Shown: positions 29,717 through 37,131 of the stretch, piece by piece
Numbering within the stretch: position 1 is the first letter of the stretch
Layout of the letters: each line of letters begins with the position of its first letter
Assembly: GCA_041665925.1 (NCBI GenBank)
Contig: JBAYHW010000005.1
Location: 13,819-77,818 of the forward strand
Reading direction: 5' to 3'
Source: Minisyncoccota bacterium
GTDB lineage: Bacteria; Patescibacteriota; Minisyncoccia; Phycocordibacterales; UBA9973
DNA length: 64,000 bases
Made by a program: the position numbers and the translations under genes
Notes under the pieces: model-generated
Told to the model about the DNA's origin: nothing
What the model saw: the letters and a program-made list of their open reading frames with translations, nothing else
The model's database searches: none

Positions 29717-29974
29717 ATGCGAAGTCGCCCCTTTGAGGAGACGATCCTCGAGACGATAAGCGAGATGTGCATTCCCCAGGTCGAACTGGTGGCCAATCTG
29801 ATACTTAGGACCACCATCAACAACAACCACGATGAGATTGCCGTCGCCTGGCGGGAGCGATGCCTGGAACTGGGACTCCGCGACCACATGGATGTGGTCG
29901 CGGCGCTCGAGTTTAAAAGGCGAAGTATCCAGCCCGCCTACAACGCTGTTTTCTCTGGCATTTTCGATCAGTAG
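29717..29974 (+). CDS. GC-rich hypothetical protein (85 aa), MRSRPFEETILETISEMCIPQVELVANLILRTT...
   Basis: Strong SD GGAAGGAGA 4 nt upstream of the ATG. Followed by the hairpin AGCCCG...CGGGCT plus a T-rich tract. About 55% GC. No family recognised. Confidence 0.45.
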   Translation: MRSRPFEETILETISEMCIPQVELVANLILRTTINNNHDEIAVAWRERCLELGLRDHMDVVAALEFKRRSIQPAYNAVFSGIFDQ

Positions 29975-30034
29975 TAGCAGTGAGCCCGTGTGAGGAGTCC
30001 GCGTACTATACGCTACCCCGCGGGCTTTCTCATT

Positions 30035-30202
30035 TTATTTCTTCCAATCTTTAACCTGCACGCCACCTTGGATTTTAGTGACCACGAGCTTCTGCCGTTC
30101 TTTCCAGCCGAGTGCTCGCACGACTTCGATCGGCAGAGTCAAATAATATGACCCGCCCGACTGCTGTAGATTTCTAATTTTTGCATCTTTTATTTTTCTC
30201 AT
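30035..30202 (-). CDS. AbrB/MazE/SpoVT-fold (swapped-hairpin) small DNA-binding protein, 55 aa
   Basis: The minus-strand translation MRKIKDAKIRNLQQSGGSYYLTLPIEVVRALGWKERQKLVVTKIQGGVQVKDWKK shows the characteristic pattern: a G-rich turn followed by a LTIPKEIREKLGL-like strand-helix. Not in the ORF track because it is under 60 aa. Confidence 0.6.
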   Translation of the reverse strand: MRKIKDAKIRNLQQSGGSYYLTLPIEVVRALGWKERQKLVVTKIQGGVQVKDWKK

Positions 30203-30276
30203 CCCGTTAGAAATTAAGCTAATAAATAAATCCTGTTAGCTTGACGGAAATCTAAAGATTTCCTATTTCTAACGGG
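30203..30276 (-). repeat. Inverted-repeat cassette, copy 1: CCCGTTAGAAAT...ATTTCTAACGGG, flanked by ATGAG on both sides and containing a 22-aa mini-ORF (30214-30282)
   Basis: 12-bp terminal inverted repeats seen in the sequence. A second copy is at 33062-33126. Confidence 0.7.
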
Positions 30277-30290
30277 ACTCATACATGTAA

Positions 30291-30338
30291 GTATATACCA
30301 ATCCCTGGGGATATCCCTAGGGAAGTCCCTAGGGATTC
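30291..30338. promoter_or_regulatory. Operator-like repeat block: GTATATACCAATCCCTGGGGATATCCCTAGGGAAGTCCCTAGGGATTC, carrying tandem TCCCTAGGGA palindromes. Direct repeat of 31060-31096.
   Basis: It lies in the divergent region between the AbrB-like gene on the minus strand and the two small GC-rich ORFs on the plus strand. Confidence 0.6.
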
Positions 30339-30404
30339 GCAAGAATCCTATATCTGGACAATAGTAATATTTAATGTTAGAAAATACTTGAAGGAGGACT
30401 CGAT

Positions 30405-30611
30405 ATGAATTATCGAGCAAAGATCAAGCGGGCCAGAGCCCGCCGGTACCACGAACGTTGGAAGGCAGCGCGACGCGCTGGCCTTCCCAAGGGCCCCAGC
30501 GGGACCACCAAGTCGAATCTGCTTCGGCCGAGCAAGCCGGTACGTCGGGCACACCAGAAGGAGGGGGACGGGTGGTGCCCCGAATGCTGGTCTTTCATGT
30601 GCCGGGCGTGA
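30405..30611 (+). CDS. GC-rich small basic protein (68 aa), Arg/Lys-rich, with C-terminal CPECWSFMC
   Basis: Strong SD GAAGGAGGAC 5 nt upstream of the ATG. A candidate -35/-10 pair (TGGACA ... TAGAAA) upstream. Confidence 0.45.
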   Translation: MNYRAKIKRARARRYHERWKAARRAGLPKGPSGTTKSNLLRPSKPVRRAHQKEGDGWCPECWSFMCRA

Positions 30612-30635
30612 GCGGCCTGGGGCTGTCAATCAAAA

Positions 30636-30908
30636 ATGCACAAGGAGGAGGTTACCGTGTTCGTAATTGAGCATCTCGAGCAGTTTTGCCAAGACCACCC
30701 CGAGTTCTTCGGCGATAACACGCGTGAGTGTGTTATCGCCGAAGCCAAGAACCGGGCGAACGAGGAAGGAGTTCTCATGTCCGCTGAAGCCGAGAGCCTT
30801 CTCGGCCCGACTCTCGCGTTCCAGTTCTTCTCGGAGATGACTAGCACGAGCAAGCATCTCCAGATCAGCATGGAAGTTGCGGAGCGTCTGCGGAAGAGCG
30901 TTCGGTAA
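30636..30908 (+). CDS. GC-rich small acidic protein (84-90 aa). The probable start is the GTG at 30657, which is preceded by AAGGAGGAGG.
   Basis: An SD sits 5 nt before the in-frame GTG. The ORF is followed by the CCCCG...CGGGG hairpin and, further downstream, the terminator at 31019-31056. Confidence 0.4.
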   Translation: MHKEEVTVFVIEHLEQFCQDHPEFFGDNTRECVIAEAKNRANEEGVLMSAEAESLLGPTLAFQFFSEMTSTSKHLQISMEVAERLRKSVR

Positions 30909-31018
30909 TCCTGGTTAGCACAACCCCGTCGACGACAGCGAAGTCGGCGGGGTGGGGCTGGTGGGTTCTTTAAAATCGTGTTAGTAAAACACGAACCTTA
31001 AAAGGGTTCGTTGTATCG

Positions 31019-31056
31019 AGCCCTGCAAGGAAAAGAACTCTTGCGGGGCTTTTCTA
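31019..31056 (+). terminator. Intrinsic terminator AGCCCTGCAAG-loop-CTTGCGGGGCT followed by TTTTCT
   Basis: Stem plus T-run at the right edge of the GC-rich island. Confidence 0.7.
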
Positions 31057-31059
31057 ATT

Positions 31060-31116
31060 GGTATATACCAATCACTAGGGAAGTCCCTAGGGACTGATCT
31101 ACGCCATGGCGTAGAT
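31060..31116. repeat. Second copy of the operator-like repeat (TGGTATATACCAATCACTAGGGAAGTCCCTAGGGACT) followed by a perfect 20-bp palindrome ATCTACGCCATGGCGTAGAT
   Basis: TGGTATATACCA (12 bp) and AGTCCCTAGGGACT (14 bp) are perfect palindromes. The 20-bp palindrome is at 31097-31116. Confidence 0.7.
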
Positions 31117-31141
31117 TTCTTAGTATATTATATATGATAGA

Positions 31142-33061
31142 TTAAGGAAGTTTTAATTTTTCCTCTTTGGCAGGGATTATTTTATTTAGTTGGAAAACAG
31201 AGTTAAGTTGGGTTTGATTTTTCTTTACTGATATAGAGCCGTCGCGGTTTAACTTTATTTCTAGAAGCATACCTTGCATCGTAGCTTTACTCCATGATTG
31301 GTCAAACACAAAGTTCCCGAGAGAGTAGGCAATGAAACTCGCGCACGAACTTTGAGTGCAATCTTTCCTGCTGTATACTTCTGTATCTTCAACTACGTGC
31401 GGATGATGTCCGATAACTATTTTTGCCCCCGCATCCACGGCTTTATGGGCGAGATATTCCTGACGAGCATTGTGCCTTGGTTTATATTCATCGCCGAAAT
31501 GGAAAGAAACGACGAGATAATCTACTTGCTTTGCAGCATTTTGAACTATCTCATTAAAACGAGGGTTGCTAGCGAGGAGTACACCTGCTTTTTCTTCTCC
31601 GGCTTCCATCCACGAAGGGCCGACGTCAGAAAACCCAAGGTAACCTATTTTCATCCCATATTTTTCTATGATGACTGGAGTCTCAGCCTCAGCGCGGTTA
31701 TAGCCTCCGCCAGTATAATGTATTTCATTTTCTTTCAAGCGCCCTAGAGTGTCAACGTATGCAGTGCGCCCCCAGTCTCCCACGTGATTATTCGCAAGAG
31801 ATAAAACACCCACTCCGGCCCCTTTGAGCGCGGGGATTACGCCGGGGTCCATTCTAAATGAATATAAATTTTTCTGGTCAACTCCTTGATCTGACGCGGT
31901 GCCCTCTAAATTGGCGAAAGCGATGTCTGACTTTTTAAATATATCTACTTTTTCAAAGATAGCTGAGTAATCATTGTTGAAATTTTTTACCACCGAAGAC
32001 CTCACGCCACGGTCGAGCATTATGTCTCCACCGAAAGCTAGCATTACGAAAGATGGATCTTTTATTTCTGGTAGACCAACTTTTTCTTTAACCCAGTCGG
32101 TGTTAGCGTCAGCTTTCCCTCCATAATAAATATATTTTTTTAAATATTTTACAATTGATTCCACATCTTTCTTCCTATCAGTACTCTGAAGTAGGGTGAT
32201 GGCTATAGGGCGAGTGCCAGTTTCACTAAGAGGAAGATTGAAAAGAGATACTACTGTTTGCTTGGCAGGGTCGGTGTAGCCACTTTTACCTCCTGTGTAT
32301 CCGTCTTGGCCTAAAAATTGGCTGATGTTGGACCAGCTGTGCTTTTTGTTTGTGTAGCTTCTTTTTGTGGTAATGCCCACTAGGTCTGGTTTTTCTTTCG
32401 TTAAGTATCCGGTTAATTTAAAAATATCAGAGACAGTAGATTTATTGTTTATAGAAAGTCCGCTCGGATCGGCAAATGAAGTGTTTGGCATTTTTAGAAT
32501 CTCTGCCACCTCATTCATTTTTGAAATAAAGGAATCTCTACCGAAATGTTCGGCGATGGCTTCAGCCGCGTCGTTGCTAGATTCTAAAAGGAGCGGGTAG
32601 AGCAGGTCGGTAGTTTTTATTTTTTCCCCAAGTTTTAATTCTCCATTGGAGCCAGAGGTAGCTAGAGCTTTTTTGCTGACTTGTACTGTGTCATCTGCGT
32701 TGGTTATTTCTGTGGCTACTAGAGCTGTCATCAGCTTGGAGACCGAAGCGATAGGGAAGGCCACTTCTTGATTTTTTGAGAGAATGACTTCACCAGTATT
32801 CAAATCTCCGACAAGATATGCTTTCGCGGAGACCTTCGGTCCGCCGTTCGTGTCTTTATTGACATAAAAATATTGAGATTTTATCTCTTCGCGGTCTTTA
32901 GGAATAAGCTGAACTACTGAAGCGAGATTGTTTGATGATTGCCGGAAGTCGTTAATATTAAGGGCAGAAAATACTGACGATGTAAAAAATACTCCAATTA
33001 ATATTGAAAATGTGGTCCACAGTATTACATTTATTTTTTTTCTTTTTTGAATAGGACTCAT
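31142..33061 (-). CDS. Fusion protein: N-terminal D-alanyl-D-alanine carboxypeptidase (S11/PBP5-like) plus C-terminal CapA/PGA-type metallophosphoesterase (639 aa)
   Basis: Signal-anchor. The SxxK motif ASVSKLMTALV, the SxN motif ESSNDAAEA and the KTG motif GGKSGYT. Then the CapA motifs FANLEG, GYNRAE, VSFHFGDEY, GHHPHV and GNFVFDQ. Confidence 0.8.
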   Translation of the reverse strand: MSPIQKRKKINVILWTTFSILIGVFFTSSVFSALNINDFRQSSNNLASVVQLIPKDREEIKSQYFYVNKDTNGGPKVSAKAYLVGDLNTGEVILSKNQEVAFPIASVSKLMTALVATEITNADDTVQVSKKALATSGSNGELKLGEKIKTTDLLYPLLLESSNDAAEAIAEHFGRDSFISKMNEVAEILKMPNTSFADPSGLSINNKSTVSDIFKLTGYLTKEKPDLVGITTKRSYTNKKHSWSNISQFLGQDGYTGGKSGYTDPAKQTVVSLFNLPLSETGTRPIAITLLQSTDRKKDVESIVKYLKKYIYYGGKADANTDWVKEKVGLPEIKDPSFVMLAFGGDIMLDRGVRSSVVKNFNNDYSAIFEKVDIFKKSDIAFANLEGTASDQGVDQKNLYSFRMDPGVIPALKGAGVGVLSLANNHVGDWGRTAYVDTLGRLKENEIHYTGGGYNRAEAETPVIIEKYGMKIGYLGFSDVGPSWMEAGEEKAGVLLASNPRFNEIVQNAAKQVDYLVVSFHFGDEYKPRHNARQEYLAHKAVDAGAKIVIGHHPHVVEDTEVYSRKDCTQSSCASFIAYSLGNFVFDQSWSKATMQGMLLEIKLNRDGSISVKKNQTQLNSVFQLNKIIPAKEEKLKLP

Positions 33062-33132
33062 CCCGTTAGAAGTTTTAATAATTTATAATTTATTTTATTA
33101 GTCTCGATAGTTGAACTTCTAACGGGACTCAT
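33058..33132 (-). CDS. 24-aa mini-ORF (MSPVRSSTIETNKINYKLLKLLTG) inside cassette copy 2, translationally coupled on both sides
   Basis: Its ATG overlaps the rnr stop (ATATGA), and its TGA overlaps the ATG of the downstream 639-aa gene (GGATGAGT). Confidence 0.4.
   Translation of the reverse strand: MSPVRSSTIETNKINYKLLKLLTG
33062..33126 (-). repeat. Inverted-repeat cassette, copy 2: CCCGTTAGAAGT...ACTTCTAACGGG, flanked by ATGAGT direct repeats
   Basis: The same termini as copy 1, with a compensatory A/T to G/C change at IR position 11 and unrelated AT-rich interiors. Confidence 0.7.
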
Positions 33133-35087
33133 ATTAAAACGTAATCAATAGTTTTTCTCTCTAAGTCTACACCTTTTACTTTTATTTTTACTTTATCACC
33201 TAGTCTGTATCTTTTTTTTTTCTTTTGCCCGACTAGTTCTAGTTTCTTTTCATTGAAGACATAGAAATCATCATTCATATCTCGCATTCTTACTAGGCCT
33301 TCACACTTCGTCTCTACTTCTTCTACATACATACCCCATTCTGTCATTCCACTAATTACTCCACTAAATTTTTCACCCATACGCTTAGACATATATTCTA
33401 CTTGTTTGTATTTGATAGATGCACGCTCGGCGTCGGATGCGCGTTTCTCTTGCTCTGAGGCGACTTCAGACATTTTTTCATATTCAAATAACTTTGCTTG
33501 AGCTACTTTTTTCCCCACGAGGTGATTTGCGAGGAGCCTGTGGATGATTATGTCGGGGTAGCGCCTGATAGGGGAAGTGAAGTGAGTGTAATGTTCGAAA
33601 GCGAGTCCATAATGCCCGATATTTTTTGTAGAATAGATGGCTTTAGCCATAGACCTTATCACCGCGCGGTTGACTGTATCTTCTTCCGCTTTTCCCGCTA
33701 AATTCTCTAGAAGTTTATTTATTTCAAATGTAGGAATGACTCCATCCCGAAGAGTTACCTTGTGCCCCAAACTACGCAAGAAGAATGCTAAGTCAGTCAT
33801 CTTTTCTTTACTGGGCAGGTCATGAACACGATAAATTGAAACACTCTCTTCTTTCCCTTTTTCCTGCCCGACCGAGTGGCCTCGGCCGTTCGGGCGGGTC
33901 GGAGATAAAATCTCAGCTACTTTTTTATTGGCTAACAACATAAATTCTTCAATAAGTTTGTTGGAGTCGCCACGTTCTTTTTTGATAACTTTTATTGGGG
34001 TGCCGTTTTTGTCTAAGACGAACTTTACTTCTTCTTGATCTAGAGATATTGCGCCTTTGGCAAATCTTTCTTTAGTTAATTTTTTAGCTAAATTGTTTAA
34101 GATAGCAAGCTCATGGTGTAGGGGAGTGCCTGGTTTTTTTATAGAAAGCTCCGCTTCTTCATAAGTAAACCTTTTTTGAGAATGAATCACTGTCCGACCG
34201 AACCAAGCGCTTTTAACTTTGGCATTTTTATCTATTACGAACACAGCGCTCATGGTCAGCCGGTCTTTGTTGGGCACTAGACTGCATAAGTCATTCGAAA
34301 GAATTTCTGGAAGCATGGGGATGGTTCTGTCTACTAGATATACTGAAGTGCCTCGTTCGCGAGCTTCCACGTCTAAGGCACTGCTGACTTTCACATAATG
34401 CGAAACGTCAGCTATGTGGATGCCTACCTCGTATTCTTCTTTTCCTATTTCTTTAAAAGATATTGCATCATCGAAATCCTTTGCATCTGAAGGGTCAATA
34501 GTAAAGGTTAAAACTTTACGGAAATCTTTACGCCCAGCATAATCGCTCTCTCTTATGCCTTCGTGTTTAATTTTTCTCGCTTCTTCTTCTACTTTATTTG
34601 GAAGTTCGGAATCAAAACCTTTTTCCATAGCTATGGCGTGCATTTCGGTGTCATTGTCTCCAGGGTAGCCTAAAACTTTAACCACTTTTCCTAAAGGAGC
34701 TTTCTCTCTTTCTTTCCAAGATGTGATTTCTGCGAAAACCTTCTGCCCAACCTTTGCTCCATTTAGAAATTCTTTTGGAATTAAAATATCCGTATACATT
34801 TTCGTATCATCTGGCTTCAAAAAGAAAATAGATTTCTCTAATTCTAGAATCCCAGCGAAACGCATCTTGGCGCGAGAAATTATTTTCGTCACTTCAGCTG
34901 TCTGCCTACCTTTTCCCTTCGGATGGAGGAGTATCTCCACCGTGTCGCCATGCATAGCGGTGTTCAAGTGCTTGAAGTCAATTTCTGGGTCTTGCCCCTT
35001 ATTTTTACTGTCTCCAAGAGCCACATATCCTGTGCCTTTGGCCGAGATGGAGATAGTGCCCCTTAGCTTATTAGTGTGTTGTTTCAT
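33129..35087 (-). CDS. rnr: Ribonuclease R / RNase II family 3'-5' exoribonuclease
   Basis: The RNB catalytic domain (HYGLAFEHYTHFTSPIRRYPDIIIHRLL), cold-shock-like N-terminal domains and a C-terminal S1 domain. Confidence 0.88.
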   Translation of the reverse strand: MKQHTNKLRGTISISAKGTGYVALGDSKNKGQDPEIDFKHLNTAMHGDTVEILLHPKGKGRQTAEVTKIISRAKMRFAGILELEKSIFFLKPDDTKMYTDILIPKEFLNGAKVGQKVFAEITSWKEREKAPLGKVVKVLGYPGDNDTEMHAIAMEKGFDSELPNKVEEEARKIKHEGIRESDYAGRKDFRKVLTFTIDPSDAKDFDDAISFKEIGKEEYEVGIHIADVSHYVKVSSALDVEARERGTSVYLVDRTIPMLPEILSNDLCSLVPNKDRLTMSAVFVIDKNAKVKSAWFGRTVIHSQKRFTYEEAELSIKKPGTPLHHELAILNNLAKKLTKERFAKGAISLDQEEVKFVLDKNGTPIKVIKKERGDSNKLIEEFMLLANKKVAEILSPTRPNGRGHSVGQEKGKEESVSIYRVHDLPSKEKMTDLAFFLRSLGHKVTLRDGVIPTFEINKLLENLAGKAEEDTVNRAVIRSMAKAIYSTKNIGHYGLAFEHYTHFTSPIRRYPDIIIHRLLANHLVGKKVAQAKLFEYEKMSEVASEQEKRASDAERASIKYKQVEYMSKRMGEKFSGVISGMTEWGMYVEEVETKCEGLVRMRDMNDDFYVFNEKKLELVGQKKKKRYRLGDKVKIKVKGVDLERKTIDYVLI

Positions 35088-35123
35088 TGTATTTAATATA
35101 GCAAATATGGGGCAAAATAGTGG

Positions 35124-35152
35124 TTGACAAGCACCCCAAAATGTGCTATACT
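35124..35152 (+). promoter_or_regulatory. Near-consensus sigma70 promoter TTGACA-17 nt-TATACT
   Basis: -35 at 35124-35129 and -10 at 35147-35152, upstream of the GC-rich lipoprotein gene. Confidence 0.65.
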
Positions 35153-35209
35153 ATACCACAGAAGAGCGAGGTGGCCATTTAAGCACCTGCTCAAAAGGAG
35201 AATTGACAA

Positions 35210-35590
35210 ATGAAGAAGCTCATCGTCATCCTGGTGGCCGTGTTGGCCACCGCCTGCGCCACCACCGGCGTGAAGCTCGCGGAGCAGGCCGCTCCGCAGA
35301 CGGTTCTCTTCGCTGACGTGACCACCTGCCTCAAGGCGGCCATTGACGCAACACTGACTCCGACGGCGGCAGCGGAATTCTGTCTCGAGGCAAGACGTCT
35401 CGAAGCCGACCGCGCAAAAGCCACCGCCGAAGCAGCGGCCAAGGCGGAGGCGAACAAGCCGGCATGTGGGCTCTGCCTCATGCCGGGGACAGGATACGGA
35501 TACTACAACACGTATCCACCGCCTCCGCCGCGACCGATCGGCGGCTACACCAACACCGTCGTAGCATACACGGAACACAAGGTGAAGTAG
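35210..35590 (+). CDS. GC-rich small lipoprotein (126 aa) with lipobox LATAC, an Ala-rich helix and a C-terminal PPPPPRP/Tyr-rich tail
   Basis: SD AAAAGGAGA 8 nt upstream. Signal peptide MKKLIVILVAVLATAC. About 62% GC with high GC3. Its own promoter and terminator. Confidence 0.6.
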   Translation: MKKLIVILVAVLATACATTGVKLAEQAAPQTVLFADVTTCLKAAIDATLTPTAAAEFCLEARRLEADRAKATAEAAAKAEANKPACGLCLMPGTGYGYYNTYPPPPPRPIGGYTNTVVAYTEHKVK

Positions 35591-35622
35591 GCATCACATC
35601 GAAGGGGATGTTTTCGTCCCAA

Positions 35623-35660
35623 GGCGTCGTCGCAATCGCACGACGCCTTTTCATTTTCAT
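35623..35660 (+). terminator. Intrinsic terminator GGCGTCGT-loop-ACGACGCC followed by TTTTCATTTTCATTTTTC
   Basis: 8-bp GC stem plus a T-rich tail directly after the lipoprotein ORF. Confidence 0.7.
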
Positions 35661-35709
35661 TTTTCTATACCAACATTGACAAAATGCTAAAGTATGGTAG
35701 TTTGGAGCA

Positions 35710-36222
35710 ATGTCAAAGAAAGCCTTAGGGTTTATTTTAATAAGTATATTTTTCCTTTTATTTGGATACGCCAAGTCTGCAGCAGCTTGCTACACTTGCT
35801 ACCCGTATTATTACGGATACTCTTTCGGATACGGCACCAACGATCCTTACTATGTAGGGGACTCTATGGGTACTAATAATTATTTCCCAGCGAATCAACC
35901 TATCTTGGTAAATACCGGCAGGCTAAATGTCACTGGAGTGGAATTTAATACCAATGGTGGTTATTACGGAGGGAATACATATTATAGTGGATATAATACC
36001 ATCGGAGTGAATGAATATTTTCTAACAAACCAGAATGTGTCCGTGGGCACCACACAATACAATATCGGAGGAGATATGTATGGAGTAAACAATTACTATA
36101 ACGCCGACGATAGATACTATGCAGACGACAGATATTTCGCTCGCGAAAGACATGATACAAGTGAAAGATATTCTGTAAGGAGAGGAGGGACCGGCGAGAG
36201 TGAGAGGTATAGAGTAAATTAA
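35710..36222 (+). CDS. Secreted Tyr/Gly/Asn-rich low-complexity protein (170 aa) with the N-terminal CYTCYPYYYGY motif
   Basis: Signal peptide MSKKALGFILISIFFLLFGYAKS, then YY/GY/NY-rich repeats and a DDRYYADDRYFARERHD tail. Confidence 0.5.
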   Translation: MSKKALGFILISIFFLLFGYAKSAAACYTCYPYYYGYSFGYGTNDPYYVGDSMGTNNYFPANQPILVNTGRLNVTGVEFNTNGGYYGGNTYYSGYNTIGVNEYFLTNQNVSVGTTQYNIGGDMYGVNNYYNADDRYYADDRYFARERHDTSERYSVRRGGTGESERYRVN

Positions 36223-36280
36223 AAAAGATAACTAGAGATTTCTCGTTTGCCTTTTAAATAATTTGTGTTAAGCTAAGACC

Positions 36281-36589
36281 ATGTTAAAAATAAGATTACA
36301 GAGAATAGGCAGGAAGAACGACCCATCTTTTCGGGCAGTTTTGACTGATTCTAAAAACAGCACCAAGAGCGGAAAGTTTTTAGAAATTTTGGGTACTTAT
36401 AACCCAAAGGCAGGAGAGAAAAATTTAAATGTGGACAGGATAAAGTACTGGATGAGTAAAGGCGCGAAGCCTTCTGATACGATGCACAATTTCTTAGTGC
36501 ACGACAAGGTCATAGCAGGTAAGAAAATAAATGTCTTGCCGAAGAAGAAGCCTACAGTAAAGAGAAAAGAGTTGAAAGCTAAAAAGTAA
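36281..36589 (+). CDS. rpsP: 30S ribosomal protein S16 (bS16)
   Basis: MLKIRLQRIGRKNDPSFRAVLTDS...LGTYNP matches S16. Confidence 0.9.
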   Translation: MLKIRLQRIGRKNDPSFRAVLTDSKNSTKSGKFLEILGTYNPKAGEKNLNVDRIKYWMSKGAKPSDTMHNFLVHDKVIAGKKINVLPKKKPTVKRKELKAKK

Positions 36590-36661
36590 TTCGGTATAAT
36601 TGATGCATAGCAGTAGCTGTCGTAACACTGCAAATTTACAAGAAGATAATTTTAAATTAAT

Positions 36662-37030
36662 ATGGAAGAAGCAGATAAGATATTTCTAGAGTATGTAGTG
36701 AAGGCTCTCGTAGATAATCCGAATGATGTAAAAATAGAAAGGACTGTGGACGAAATGGGCGTACTTATTACCCTTACTGTAAATCCTGCCGACATGGGCA
36801 AGATCATCGGTAGAATGGGGAACACCGCGAAAGCTATCCGCACTTTGCTCCGCATTATCGGTATGAAGAATAACGCTCGCGTTAACTTGAAGATCAACGA
36901 ACCAGCAGGAAGCATGCGACCAGAGCGAGAATCCATCCCACACATGAATGCTACAGGTAGTGGCCTCGGCGCTGCACCTTCTACACTAAAGACTGTAGAT
37001 GAAGCAATGGATGAATTGAAAGGAATCTAG
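36662..37030 (+). CDS. KH-domain RNA-binding protein (KhpA/YlqC-like), conserved neighbour of rpsP
   Basis: KH motif VIGRMGNTAKAIRTLL. rpsP-KH-trmD synteny. Confidence 0.75.
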   Translation: MEEADKIFLEYVVKALVDNPNDVKIERTVDEMGVLITLTVNPADMGKIIGRMGNTAKAIRTLLRIIGMKNNARVNLKINEPAGSMRPERESIPHMNATGSGLGAAPSTLKTVDEAMDELKGI

Positions 37031-37039
37031 TTTCTTTAA

Positions 37040-37117
37040 AGAGCGAATACAAAAGTTTTCTGATGGGCAATACAGTAGCCTCCCATTGCGAAAACCTTTG
37101 TATTCGCTCTTTTTGTT
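37040..37117 (+). terminator. Long extended hairpin (15/16-bp outer stem AGAGCGAATACAAAAG/CCTTTGTATTCGCTCT with nested inner stems) followed by TTTTGTT. Terminator or attenuator between the KH gene and trmD.
   Basis: Seen in the sequence. It overlaps the trmD -10 region. Confidence 0.55.
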
Positions 37118-37131
37118 ATATAATGCCAAAT

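Noticed and set aside
29513-29889. Minus-strand ORFs of 124 aa and 66 aa overlapping the smc 3' end and the island ORF at 29717-29974
   Set aside because: They are antisense to the SMC C-terminal domain, which is conserved. GC-rich sequence is open in several frames, and the plus-strand ORF has the SD and terminator.
30214-30420. 68-aa minus-strand ORF (MLDNSYRVLLQ...RIPRDFPRDIPRD...)
   Set aside because: It is translated across the TCCCTAGGGA palindromic repeats and the IR cassette. Its PRD repeats are just the palindromes read in frame. I favour the non-coding operator interpretation, with only its last 22 codons possibly forming the cassette mini-ORF.
37063-37131. Upstream extension of trmD (MGNTVASHCENLCIRSFCYIMPN)
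   Set aside because: The extension overlaps the long terminator hairpin after the KH gene, and TrmD homology begins at MRFHIITIFPEVF.
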